Origin: Candidatus Limnocylindrus sp.
GTDB taxonomy: Bacteria; Chloroflexota; Limnocylindria; Limnocylindrales; Limnocylindraceae
Direction of reading: 5' to 3'
DNA length: 47,804 bases
Assembly: GCA_044343985.1 (NCBI GenBank)
Contig: JBIJDR010000002.1
Location: 1-47,804 of the forward strand
Made by a program: the position numbers and the translations under genes. How positions within the stretch are numbered: position 1 is the stretch's first letter; the number at the start of each line of letters is the position of its first letter. Positions 1-8,934 of this stretch are shown here, one piece after another. The notes below the pieces were generated by a model. The model did no database searches. It worked only from the letters and a program-made list of their open reading frames with translations, and was not told where the DNA came from.

Positions 1-386
1 CGGCACTGGCAACGATCGCCGTCTATGAAGAGGATGGCCTGATTGAGCGCGCGGCGAAGAGTGGGAAGACGCTCCGCGCACACCATGAGCGAATGAAGGC
101 GAAGCACCCCTGCGTTGGCCCGATTCGCAACATCGGCCTCTTCGGGATCATGGAGCTCGTCCGTGATCCGAAGAGCGGCACGCCGATCGCGGGATTCAAC
201 GAGACGGCGCCAGAGATGGTCGCGCTCGGAAAGTTCTTCCGCGCCAACGGTCTTTATACGATCGTGCGCTGGAACGGCTTCTTCACGAATCCGCCGCTCA
301 ACATCAGCGACGAAGAGATGGATTTCGCATTTGACGTGATTGATCGAGGACTCTCGGAGGTCGACGCCACGCTCGGACTCGCCTAA
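1..386 (+). CDS. class-III (PLP-dependent) aminotransferase, C-terminal fragment; 5' end outside window
   Basis: Frame is open from base 3. The tail ...AVYEEDGLIERA...VGPIRNIGLFGIMELV...NGLYTIVRWNGFFTNPPLNISDEEMDFAFDVI looks like the C-terminal domain of class-III transaminases. Stop TAA 384-386 overlaps the next ATG (TAATG). Confidence 0.75.
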   Translation, partial: ALATIAVYEEDGLIERAAKSGKTLRAHHERMKAKHPCVGPIRNIGLFGIMELVRDPKSGTPIAGFNETAPEMVALGKFFRANGLYTIVRWNGFFTNPPLNISDEEMDFAFDVIDRGLSEVDATLGLA

Positions 387-1423
387 TGGCGCACCCGGCG
401 GTTGGCGTCCCGGTTGACGCCGCTCCGGATGCACCAGCGCTCGTAAGACTCGTCCGCGGCGGCATCGTTGAGACGCAGCAGCGCGGCGACCTCGCGATCG
501 TAGGTGAGGGTGGCGCACTCCGCGCCTCACTCGGTTCTCCAGATCGGCTGATCTCACTCCGCAGTTCCATCAAGCCCTTCACGGCGGTCGCCGTCCTCCT
601 CGCGGTTGAGGCGGCGGGCGGCAGCATGAGCAGCGAAGCGCTCGCCCTCTCTTCCGCGAGTCACGCGGGCGCAGATGAGCATGTGGCGGTAGCACAGGGG
701 ATGGTGGACACGTACGGCCTTGACCCATCACTCCTCGTTCATGGTCGACCATCACCACTGCGGAGCGGCACGAGTGGCGAACTGTTGCAACACATGTGTT
801 CAGGGCAGCACCTCTCACTACTGCTGCTTGCGCAGTCGGCTGGCGTTGAAGGCCGCGGCTATGACAGCTACGACCATCCGGTGCAGCTGCGGATCCGCGC
901 CGTTGTTGGTGAACTTCTTGGCGTTGATATGAACGCTGCGCCGTGGGGGATGGATGGCTGCGCGATCCCAACGTACGGCGTGCCACTGCGCGCCGCGGCG
1001 GAGGGTGCACGCCGCTGGGCGAACCCTGCGAACTCTGGACTACGTCCTGAACTCCTTGCGGCGCTCACGCGCGTGCGTGATGCGGCGATCGCGCACCCGC
1101 GGCTCATTGCGGGTGGGGGATTCCTTGATACCGATCTGATTCGTGGTGGCGAAGGGGTTGTGGTTGCAAAGCAGGGGGCGGAGGGACTCTGCCTTGTTGG
1201 CGCACCTGGAATTGGGATTGCGCTACACACGGAAGACGGCGATGGCGCCGCCCGCGCCGGACGCGTCGCCACCGTTGCCGCACTCCGCGCCGCTGGCGCC
1301 GCAGTTGCAAGCGCCTCGTCGCTCGATCTGCATCGCTATGTGGAGTACCCCGACCCACGCGGCGGAGTGCCGCTCGCGCGCGTTGAGCCTACGGCGGCGC
1401 TTGCGAACCTGACGCTGAGCTAG
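386..1423 (+). CDS. asparaginase II family protein (Rhizobium-type L-asparaginase fold)
   Basis: 345 aa with family-typical motifs: SSIKPF, SSASHAGADEHV, MCSGQHL, GMDGCAIPTYG, AKQGAEGL. Translationally coupled to the upstream transaminase. Confidence 0.8.
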   Translation: MAHPAVGVPVDAAPDAPALVRLVRGGIVETQQRGDLAIVGEGGALRASLGSPDRLISLRSSIKPFTAVAVLLAVEAAGGSMSSEALALSSASHAGADEHVAVAQGMVDTYGLDPSLLVHGRPSPLRSGTSGELLQHMCSGQHLSLLLLAQSAGVEGRGYDSYDHPVQLRIRAVVGELLGVDMNAAPWGMDGCAIPTYGVPLRAAAEGARRWANPANSGLRPELLAALTRVRDAAIAHPRLIAGGGFLDTDLIRGGEGVVVAKQGAEGLCLVGAPGIGIALHTEDGDGAARAGRVATVAALRAAGAAVASASSLDLHRYVEYPDPRGGVPLARVEPTAALANLTLS

Positions 1424-1425
1424 CC

Positions 1426-2349
1426 ATGCCGCAGGCGCGGATGCGAACGCTCGAAGCGTGGCGGGTACTGGGGCTCCCATCCGCGCCAACGGTTGAGGCG
1501 GTGAAGCAGGCGTACCGCGGACTCGCGAAGTCGCTGCACCCCGATGCTGCGGGTGGCACCGCAAAGCCTGCAGCATTTGCACGACTCACCGAGGCGTATG
1601 AGGTTGCGCTCAGTGAGGCGAGCGCTGCGAACCGGCACGGCGCGACGAGGTCTAGGCCGAGTTCACCGCCACCACCGCGGCAGCGCAGTGCGCCGCAACG
1701 TGAAGCGGCTCCGCGCGAGCCAGAAGCGCGCGGCACGCGCCCGCGTGCAACGCCAGGCTCTACGACATATGACGGTGCAGGGCCAGAGGATGGCGATCAG
1801 CCATGGGACGGCGCGGAGTGGGTTGGCGCCGACTCTGGGACGTACTGGCGCGTCAATCCGAAGGAGTACGCCGATCCACGGAAGCACGGCGCCGAATATC
1901 GCGCGCGCGGTAAGCGTCCGGTGCGACGCGATCGGAGTGAGCAGAGAAGTTCACAAGTTGGAGCCGCATACGCCACAGAAGAGGGGCGCGCGTTGGCGCC
2001 AGATCGTTGGCCCTCGATGGCCTTCCGACTCTTCTATGCGCTTGTTGGCTGTCTCCCATGGCTTGCGTTGCGGATGAGTCCACTCACCATCGGTGCTGAG
2101 CTTTTATTACTCGGCCTCTTCCTGCTGGTCCCGCGCGCTGCATGGGCGGCGGCGCATGGCACGGCGGCGCTGCTGCTGGTTGCGGCAGCATGGCTAACCC
2201 TCGGGCTGATCGGACTGCCACTCCCGGGGAGCGGCGATACGCAGCTTCTTGCTGGAGCCATCTGGGCGGCTATCTACCTGCTTGGCGCACTCCTCGCCGC
2301 AGCGGGGCGCCTCCGTGCGCGACCCTGGCTTACGCCGCACGCGGGGTAG
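1426..2349 (+). CDS. J-domain (DnaJ-like) protein with Pro/Arg-rich linker and C-terminal multi-TM region
   Basis: N-terminal J domain with HPD motif (AYRGLAKSLHPDAAGG...LTEAYEVAL). Low-complexity basic linker. The last ~110 aa are hydrophobic and predict 3-4 TM helices. Confidence 0.7.
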   Translation: MPQARMRTLEAWRVLGLPSAPTVEAVKQAYRGLAKSLHPDAAGGTAKPAAFARLTEAYEVALSEASAANRHGATRSRPSSPPPPRQRSAPQREAAPREPEARGTRPRATPGSTTYDGAGPEDGDQPWDGAEWVGADSGTYWRVNPKEYADPRKHGAEYRARGKRPVRRDRSEQRSSQVGAAYATEEGRALAPDRWPSMAFRLFYALVGCLPWLALRMSPLTIGAELLLLGLFLLVPRAAWAAAHGTAALLLVAAAWLTLGLIGLPLPGSGDTQLLAGAIWAAIYLLGALLAAAGRLRARPWLTPHAG

Positions 2350-2352
2350 GAT
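2347..2352 (+). promoter_or_regulatory. -10 hexamer TAGGAT, 6 nt before gltX ATG (leaderless geometry)
   Basis: TAGGAT-gcacgc-ATG. The hexamer contains the stop codon of the upstream gene. Confidence 0.5.
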
Positions 2353-2358
2353 GCACGC

Positions 2359-3873
2359 ATGAGCAGTGAAGGCACGCAGATCCGCGTTCGCATCGCCCCT
2401 AGCCCTACTGGCCCCTTTCACATTGGGACGGCGCGTACGGCGCTATTCAACCTCCTCTATGCGCGTCGCAACGGCGGCACCTACATCGTGCGCGTGGAGG
2501 ATACGGACGTTGCTCGCTCAACCACAGAGCATGAGGCGGACATCCTTGAGGGGCTGCGTTGGCTCGGCTTAGAGGCGGACGAAGGGGTCGTTGCCGCTGG
2601 CGAAGAGCGCGGGGATCGTGGTCCGTATCGGCAGTCGGCGCGAACCGCACGCTACACCGAAGTTGCGCAGCAGTTACATGCGCGCGGCCTTGCGTATCAC
2701 TGCTTCTGCACTGCAGGAGAGCTTGAGGTAGAGCGGAGCGCCCGTGATAAGGCGAAGCTTCCGCCACGCTACTCAGGACGCTGCGCCACGATCTCAGCCG
2801 AAGAGTCGGCACGACGCCTTGCGGCGGGTGAGTCGGCGGCGCTTCGCTTCCGTATTCAGCCTGGCGTTGTGGTGATTGATGACCTCGTGCGCGGCCGCGT
2901 GGAGATCGACGCGGAGACGCTCGGTGGTGACCTGGTCATCCTGCGTGCCGATGGGAGTCCGCTCTACCACTTCACCGTGGTCGTGGATGACGCAGATATG
3001 GGGATCACACACGTGATTCGCGGTGAGGACCACCTCTCCAATACGCCGAAGCACATCCTCCTCTTCCAGGCGCTCGGCGTCCCGCTCCCAAAGTTCGCCC
3101 ATCTCCCACTGATCCTGAATCCGGATCGCACCAAGATGAGCAAGCGGAAGAGTCAGACGGCAATCGCTGACTATCGTGCCGAAGGATTTCTTAAAGAGGC
3201 GATCATCAACTTCTTGGCGCTCCTCGGCTGGTCAACCGGAAGCGAGGACGAGATTCTCAGCGTTGAAGAGATCCAGGCGCGCTTTGACCTTGACCATGTC
3301 CAGAAGGCTGGCGCCGTCTTTGATCGCACGCGGCTGGAGTGGATCAACGGCCAGTGGATTCGCAAGCTGACGCACGACGACCTTCTTGCGCGCCTGCGCC
3401 CCTTCTATGACCGCGCGGCGGAGGATGGCCGCATCGGCCGTCCGGCGCGAGATGAAGAGATTGCGGCGCTTCTCCCACTCATCCGCGAGCGCATTCCGCT
3501 CCTCTCGTCAGTGATTGAGCTGACCGACTTCCTCTTCATTGAGACGCTACAGCACGACCCAGCGCTACTCGTCCCGAAGCGATGGGAGCCTGCAACGGCA
3601 CTCGCCGCGCTTGAGGCGGCACGCCCGCTGGTTGCCGCTGGCATTGGGGAAGGTGACGCGCCACTCCTTGATGCAGAAGATCCGCTTGAGCTGCAACTTC
3701 GCGCGCTTGCGGAGGCAAACGGCTGGAAGGCGGGCGACCTCTTCATGGCGCTCCGCGCCGCCGCCACCGGCCGTACCGCCACTCCACCACTCTTCGACAG
3801 CATGCGCCTCCTAGGCCAGGCGGCGGTACTGGCGCGGATTGACCAGGCGATTGCGCTCCTTCGCGCCGCGTAA
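2359..3873 (+). CDS. gltX: glutamate--tRNA ligase
   Basis: 504 aa with class-I motifs HIGTARTALFN (HIGH) and KMSKRK (KMSKS). The core ...GITHVIRGEDHLSNTPKH... is typical of GluRS. Confidence 0.95.
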   Translation: MSSEGTQIRVRIAPSPTGPFHIGTARTALFNLLYARRNGGTYIVRVEDTDVARSTTEHEADILEGLRWLGLEADEGVVAAGEERGDRGPYRQSARTARYTEVAQQLHARGLAYHCFCTAGELEVERSARDKAKLPPRYSGRCATISAEESARRLAAGESAALRFRIQPGVVVIDDLVRGRVEIDAETLGGDLVILRADGSPLYHFTVVVDDADMGITHVIRGEDHLSNTPKHILLFQALGVPLPKFAHLPLILNPDRTKMSKRKSQTAIADYRAEGFLKEAIINFLALLGWSTGSEDEILSVEEIQARFDLDHVQKAGAVFDRTRLEWINGQWIRKLTHDDLLARLRPFYDRAAEDGRIGRPARDEEIAALLPLIRERIPLLSSVIELTDFLFIETLQHDPALLVPKRWEPATALAALEAARPLVAAGIGEGDAPLLDAEDPLELQLRALAEANGWKAGDLFMALRAAATGRTATPPLFDSMRLLGQAAVLARIDQAIALLRAA

Positions 3874-3925
3874 CTGAGCATGGGACGCCTAAGTGTCCGT
3901 TCACACTCTGGTAACAGAGCCTGGA

Positions 3926-3931
3926 GATAAT
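3926..3931 (+). promoter_or_regulatory. -10-like GATAAT, 6 nt before response-regulator GTG
   Basis: GATAAT-taacgc-GTG. The overlapping GGAG at 3923-3926 could alternatively be an SD. Confidence 0.4.
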
Positions 3932-3937
3932 TAACGC

Positions 3938-4639
3938 GTGAAGAACGACTCGGCTCGGATTCTCCTCATCGAAGATGAGCGTGCACTCCGCGAGGCGCTA
4001 GCCGACGCGCTTGCCGCTGAAGGGTTCGTGGTTGAACAGGCGGCCACTGGCGGCGCTGGGCTCACCGCCTTTCGGGCAAATCCACCAGACCTTGTCCTCC
4101 TGGACTTGATGCTCCCCGAGATGAGTGGCATTGAGATCTGTCGCGCGATTCGATCAAACTCAAAAGTGCCGATCATCATGGTGACCGCCAAGGCGTCGGA
4201 GACTGATCGGATTGTTGGGCTCGACCTTGGCGCCGATGACTATGTGACGAAGCCCTTCTCTGCGCGCGAGCTTTCGGCACGGATCCGCGCCGTCTTGCGA
4301 CGCGGGACTGCAACACCACCATCCGTTGGGCAGCGCCTAGTGAAGGTTGGCGAGGCGGAGATTGACCTCGAGGGGCAGCGCATCATGCGGAGCGGGAGCG
4401 CGGTTCATGTGAAGCCGAAGGCGTTCCAGCTCCTCGCCTTCCTGATTCAGAATGCAGGGCGCGTCTATAGCCGCGAGCAGTTGCTTGATCGGGTCTGGGG
4501 CTACGACTACGCGGGGGAGACGCGCACCGTTGACGTCCACATGCACGCCCTCCGCCAAGCGATCGAGGCGATCCCAGCGCAGCCCACGGCGCTCCAGACG
4601 GTTCGCAATATCGGCTACGTCCTTCGCCGCTCTGCCTGA
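3938..4639 (+). CDS. OmpR/PhoB-family response regulator (RegX3/PhoP-like)
   Basis: GTG start. Receiver domain (RILLIEDE...DLVLLDLMLPEMSG...MVTAK) plus winged-helix trans_reg_C domain (...RVYSREQLLDRVWGYDY...RTVDVHMHALRQ...TVRNIGYVL). Confidence 0.9.
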   Translation: MKNDSARILLIEDERALREALADALAAEGFVVEQAATGGAGLTAFRANPPDLVLLDLMLPEMSGIEICRAIRSNSKVPIIMVTAKASETDRIVGLDLGADDYVTKPFSARELSARIRAVLRRGTATPPSVGQRLVKVGEAEIDLEGQRIMRSGSAVHVKPKAFQLLAFLIQNAGRVYSREQLLDRVWGYDYAGETRTVDVHMHALRQAIEAIPAQPTALQTVRNIGYVLRRSA

Positions 4640-4677
4640 GCAACAGCCCTGATCGCCCGCCAGGGGCGCGGCGCGGG

Positions 4678-4683
4678 TAGGAT
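4678..4683 (+). promoter_or_regulatory. -10 hexamer TAGGAT, 6 nt before proS ATG
   Basis: TAGGAT-tcaccc-ATG. Confidence 0.55.
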
Positions 4684-4689
4684 TCACCC

Positions 4690-6468
4690 ATGAGGATTGG
4701 ATCGCTCTTCTTTACGACGCTGCGCGAGGACCCTGCCGACGCGGAGATGCCATCGCATCGCCTCCTGCTGCGCGCCGGCTACATTCGGCCGCTCGGCGCG
4801 GGGATCTACTCCCTCCTGCCGCTCGGGATGCGCGTCAACATGCACGTCACCCAGGTGATTCGGGAGGAGATGAACGCGATCGGCGCCCAAGAGATGCTGA
4901 TGCCCGTTGTGCACCCGGCTGACCTCTGGCGCGAGACGGGCCGTTACGACCAGATCGGACCCGAGATGGGGCGATTCCAGGACCGTGGTGGACGCGACAT
5001 GGTTCTTGCCATGACGCATGAAGAGGTGGTTACCGATCTCCTCCGCAAGCTGATCAGCTCGTGGCGTCAGCTGCCGCAGCAGATGTACCACTTCCAGACG
5101 AAGTGGCGCGACGAGCCACGTTCGCGCGGCGGCCTGATTCGCGTGCGTGAGTTCACCATGAAAGATGCCTATTCAGCTGACCGCGACGAGGCGGGGCTCG
5201 ACCACTCATACAAGCTCTATTACCACGCCTACACGCGCATCTTCGCGCGGCTCGGCCTGAAGACGATCGCCGTTGCCAGCGACGTGGGGATGATGGGCGG
5301 CTCGCAGGCGCACGAGTTCATGGCCTTCAGCGAGTACGGCGAGGACACACTCGTGATCTGCGACAGCTGCAACACCGCATCAAATCGCCAGGTTGCTCGC
5401 GTGCGCAGGGCGACCCCTGCGAGTGAGGCGCCACTCCCACTGGAAGAGGTGAAGACGCCAGACGCCCCAACGATCGAGGCGCTCGCGAAGCAGCTCGGCG
5501 TTGGAGCTGAACGCACCGCGAAGGCGGTCTTCTTCGCCGATCGCGATGCTCGGCTGATCGTTGCGATCGTGCGCGGCGACGACGATGTTGAGGAGACGAA
5601 GCTGACCAACGCGATCGGTGCGCGCGACTTGCGTCCGGCGCGTGAGGAGGAGATCCGCGCGGCGGGGATGGTGCCAGGCTACGCATCGCCGATCGGCGCG
5701 AAGGGTGCACTTGTTGTGGTGGACGAACTTGTTGCCGCGTCGGCGAACCTTGTTGCAGGCGCAAACAAGGAGGGCTACCACGTCAAAAACGTCAACATTC
5801 CGCGTGACTTTACTCCAGATCACATCGTGGACCTCGCCTCAACGAAGGCGGGTGACGCCTGTCTCGGCTGCGGCGGCGCCGTGCGCCTGGAGAAGGGGAT
5901 TGAGGTTGGCAACATCTTCAAGCTTGGAACCCGCTACAGCGCCGCACTCGGTGCAGAGTACGCAGACGATGCTGGCGTCTCACACCCGATCGTGATGGGC
6001 TCATATGGCATTGGTGTTGGCCGCGCCGCCGCCTGTATTGCCGAGGCCTATCACGACGAGAAGGGCCTCGCCTGGCCAGCAGTCGTTGCACCGTTCGACG
6101 CGCAGGTCGCGCTCCTCGGTGCAAACAAGGATGCGCGCGTGGAGGAGGCCGCCGTGGCGCTCGAGCGCGCGGCGAGCGCCGCCGGACTTGAACTGCTGGT
6201 AGACGACCGCACTGAGTCGCCGGGCGTGAAGTTCGCTGATGCTGAGCTGCTTGGGGCCCCGTGGACGATCACCATCTCGCCACGCTCCCTCGATGCGGGT
6301 GGTGCCGAGTTGACACGCCGTTCTGATGGTGAGCGCAGTGTTGCTCCACTTGCAGAGGTCCTTGAGCGCATCACCGCAGCGAAGCGTGCCGAGCGGGAGC
6401 GGATTGAGGCGGATCTCGCCAGTAGCGGTTTCCCCGCAACTTATCAAAGCGGACCAGCGGCGGGATGA
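4690..6468 (+). CDS. proS: proline--tRNA ligase, bacterial type with INS editing domain
   Basis: 592 aa with class-II core motifs (LLRAGYIRPLGAGIYSLLPLG, FQTKWRDEPRSRGGLIRVREFTMKDAYS, IEVGNIFKLGTRYS). Central insertion and C-terminal anticodon-binding domain are present. Confidence 0.95.
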   Translation: MRIGSLFFTTLREDPADAEMPSHRLLLRAGYIRPLGAGIYSLLPLGMRVNMHVTQVIREEMNAIGAQEMLMPVVHPADLWRETGRYDQIGPEMGRFQDRGGRDMVLAMTHEEVVTDLLRKLISSWRQLPQQMYHFQTKWRDEPRSRGGLIRVREFTMKDAYSADRDEAGLDHSYKLYYHAYTRIFARLGLKTIAVASDVGMMGGSQAHEFMAFSEYGEDTLVICDSCNTASNRQVARVRRATPASEAPLPLEEVKTPDAPTIEALAKQLGVGAERTAKAVFFADRDARLIVAIVRGDDDVEETKLTNAIGARDLRPAREEEIRAAGMVPGYASPIGAKGALVVVDELVAASANLVAGANKEGYHVKNVNIPRDFTPDHIVDLASTKAGDACLGCGGAVRLEKGIEVGNIFKLGTRYSAALGAEYADDAGVSHPIVMGSYGIGVGRAAACIAEAYHDEKGLAWPAVVAPFDAQVALLGANKDARVEEAAVALERAASAAGLELLVDDRTESPGVKFADAELLGAPWTITISPRSLDAGGAELTRRSDGERSVAPLAEVLERITAAKRAERERIEADLASSGFPATYQSGPAAG

Positions 6469-7721
6469 GCGGCGAGATTAGCCCCACACTCCTCCTCGCC
6501 CTCCTCTTTGGAGCGGTCGCGGTCCTCCTTGCGCAACGGCTTGGACGCCGTCGTGCTGAAGGGGACGACAGTGCATCACGAGCGAATCGAGAGGGGGAGC
6601 GTGCAGATCGCGAGGCGGCGCGCGCTGAGCGTCGTGCGCAGCGTCTGGACGCACTCCTTGAGGCCACTGATGACGCCGTACTTCGAGTGCTCCCGGACCT
6701 CACCATTCGCGCCGCAAGCGCCGCAAGCGTTGAGATCCTCGCGCGCGAGCCTGGGGACCTGCGTGGTCGTCCACTGATTGAGGCGACCGTAGATCACCGC
6801 CTGGAAGAGCTCGCAAAAGTTGCGCTTGGCGGGGTGATCGCGCGCGGAGAGATCGCGCTGCGCGATCTGCGCTCCGGCCACTCAGATGAGACGCGTCATG
6901 TGCAGGTGATCGCCGCGCCAGATGGTGATGACGGCGTATGGATCCTCCTCCGCGACCTCACAGAGGTCATGCGCCTCCGACAGATTCGCTCAGAATTCGT
7001 TGACAACCTTTCGCATGAGCTGCGTACTCCACTCAGCACGATCCGACTCCTCGCCGAATCGGTGGCAACAGCGGGCGAGCGGGGTGATGCGAGCGGCGCG
7101 CGCGAACGCGCTAGCCAGATTGAGGTGGAGGTGCTGCACCTCGTCCAGATGGCCGATGAGATGCTGGACCTCGCCACGCTCGAGGCGGGGGAGATCCCAC
7201 TTCGCTCCGCTCCGGTCAACCTCCTTGAGCTCGCCAATGAAGTGGCAACGCGCTTCACCCCCGTGGCGACACGGCATGGCGGAGCGATCCGCGTCGAGAG
7301 CGAAGGCGTTGGGCCGTGGATCGTGCTGGGCGATCGTGATCGCCTACGCCAGGCCATGGCGAACCTTGTGCACAACGGCGTGAAGTACAGCCGACCAGAG
7401 GGTGTGGTGACGATTCACCTCTCCACGCCAGCAGTTGGCACAGGCTCCGAGTTGGTTCAAATCAAGATTTCGGATCAAGGGATCGGCATTGAGCGACGCC
7501 ACCTCCCGCGCATCTTTGAACGTTTCTACACCGTTGAACGCATCGCTGGTGAGCAAGCATCGGTTGGTGGCGCGGGGACAGGCCTCGGCCTTGCAATCGC
7601 TCGACACGCGGTGCTGCGCCACGGTGGATCAATTGAAGTGGGCTCTGCGATTGGTGTGGGGACCACCTTCACGATCCTCCTCCCGATTGGCGGCGCTACG
7701 GACAGTCTGCCACCGCGCTGA
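6465..7721 (+). CDS. sensor histidine kinase, PhoR/SenX3-like (single N-terminal TM, PAS-like, DHp, HATPase)
   Basis: H-box FVDNLSHELRTPLSTI; N/G boxes NLVHNGVKYS, DQGIGI, GTGLGLAI. No large extracytoplasmic loop. The ATG overlaps the proS stop (ATGA at 6465-6468). Confidence 0.9.
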   Translation: MSGEISPTLLLALLFGAVAVLLAQRLGRRRAEGDDSASRANREGERADREAARAERRAQRLDALLEATDDAVLRVLPDLTIRAASAASVEILAREPGDLRGRPLIEATVDHRLEELAKVALGGVIARGEIALRDLRSGHSDETRHVQVIAAPDGDDGVWILLRDLTEVMRLRQIRSEFVDNLSHELRTPLSTIRLLAESVATAGERGDASGARERASQIEVEVLHLVQMADEMLDLATLEAGEIPLRSAPVNLLELANEVATRFTPVATRHGGAIRVESEGVGPWIVLGDRDRLRQAMANLVHNGVKYSRPEGVVTIHLSTPAVGTGSELVQIKISDQGIGIERRHLPRIFERFYTVERIAGEQASVGGAGTGLGLAIARHAVLRHGGSIEVGSAIGVGTTFTILLPIGGATDSLPPR

Positions 7722-7729
7722 TCAAGCGA

Positions 7730-8419
7730 ATGCGTGGTTCACCGATCGGTCGTGCTGCTGAGCAGCTCGGTCGCCCAGCCCTCCTTGCGCATCGCGGACT
7801 CCATGGCGACCTGAAAGAGAACTCGCTTGCGGCATTGGTGGCGGTTGCTGGATCAGGACTTGATGGCGTGGAGTTTGACGTTCGCTTCTCAGCGGACGGC
7901 GTGCCATGTATTTTGCACGACGCCACGCTGCAGCGAACATATGGTGATCCACGTGCAGCCAGCGAGCTCTCCAGCGAGACGCTGAGTGCGCTCGGCGTGC
8001 CATCGCTGCGCGAGGCACTCGCTGTACTCCCCGCAGAGCTCCTACTCGACGTTGAGGTGAAGGAGGCACCGCGTGATGAACTCTTCACTCTGATTCGTGA
8101 ACTGCGCGGCGAGGGGGCTGAGCGGCTTCTCTTCTCAAGCTTTGATCAGGAGGTTCTTCGGGAGATTCATGAACGCGCTCCGGAGTGGCCACTCTGGCTC
8201 AATGTTGAGCAGGTGACGCCGAGCCTTCTCAATCAAGCACTCGACCTTGGCGTGAGCGGCCTCTCAGTTGAGAAGGGGCTCCTCGCGACGGATTTCGCAC
8301 GCGAAGTGACCGTGGCGGGGCTTGAGCTTGCAACCTGGACGCTGCGCTCACGCGCGGATCGGGAGCACCTCACGCATCCTGGGCTTACCGCTGCCTGCGT
8401 GGAGGGCGAGGCGCTCTAG
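7730..8419 (+). CDS. glycerophosphodiester phosphodiesterase (GDPD family, UgpQ-like)
   Basis: N-terminal GDPD signature LLAHRGLHGDLKENSLAALVAV...GVEFDVRFSADGVPCILHDATLQRT. It starts 8 nt downstream of the kinase gene. Confidence 0.8.
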   Translation: MRGSPIGRAAEQLGRPALLAHRGLHGDLKENSLAALVAVAGSGLDGVEFDVRFSADGVPCILHDATLQRTYGDPRAASELSSETLSALGVPSLREALAVLPAELLLDVEVKEAPRDELFTLIRELRGEGAERLLFSSFDQEVLREIHERAPEWPLWLNVEQVTPSLLNQALDLGVSGLSVEKGLLATDFAREVTVAGLELATWTLRSRADREHLTHPGLTAACVEGEAL

Positions 8420-8934
8420 CGTTCGTCCTTCGGTGCGCGGAGCAGCGAAGGTGGCGCGATGGTGACCAGGCGACCAGCACCAGCGGCAACACCGTTCGGT
8501 AGGTCAATTCTGATCAGCGCACCCTTCTCAACGGCGATCCCAGAGGTGCCAGTGAGTTCGGCGACGATCTTGCTGAGGCTCGGCTCATGGCCGACCAGTG
8601 CAAGTCGCTTCACTCCCTTTCGATCAAACATCCGATCAAGGTCAGAGAGTGTTGGTCCATTCGCCAGTCGATCATCTGCCATTGCTTGAACCTCAAGCAC
8701 TGCGGAGAGCACCGTTGCAGTTTCTACGCAGCGGCGCGCAGGGGAGTGACGGATCAAATCAAAGCGCGTCTCGGCGGCGAGGAGTGTTGCGGCGAGTCGT
8801 GCGGCCTGCTTGACCCCTTTGCCGCTCAGTGGCCGCTCTGCGTCCGGGCCGGTCCACTCAGAGGGATCTCCAGCATCGGCGTGTCGGACTAGGTAGAGGG
8901 TGCGCGCTGCGCTCTGTGTCTCCGCTGCGCTCAC
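8416..8934 (-). CDS. sixA: SixA-like phosphohistidine phosphatase (histidine phosphatase superfamily)
   Basis: 172 aa with LYLVRHADAG (RHG/A motif), HSPARRCVETA and LVGHEPSLS, resembling the short SixA branch. Its start overlaps the phoU stop by 4 nt. Confidence 0.75.
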   Translation of the reverse strand: MSAAETQSAARTLYLVRHADAGDPSEWTGPDAERPLSGKGVKQAARLAATLLAAETRFDLIRHSPARRCVETATVLSAVLEVQAMADDRLANGPTLSDLDRMFDRKGVKRLALVGHEPSLSKIVAELTGTSGIAVEKGALIRIDLPNGVAAGAGRLVTIAPPSLLRAPKDER

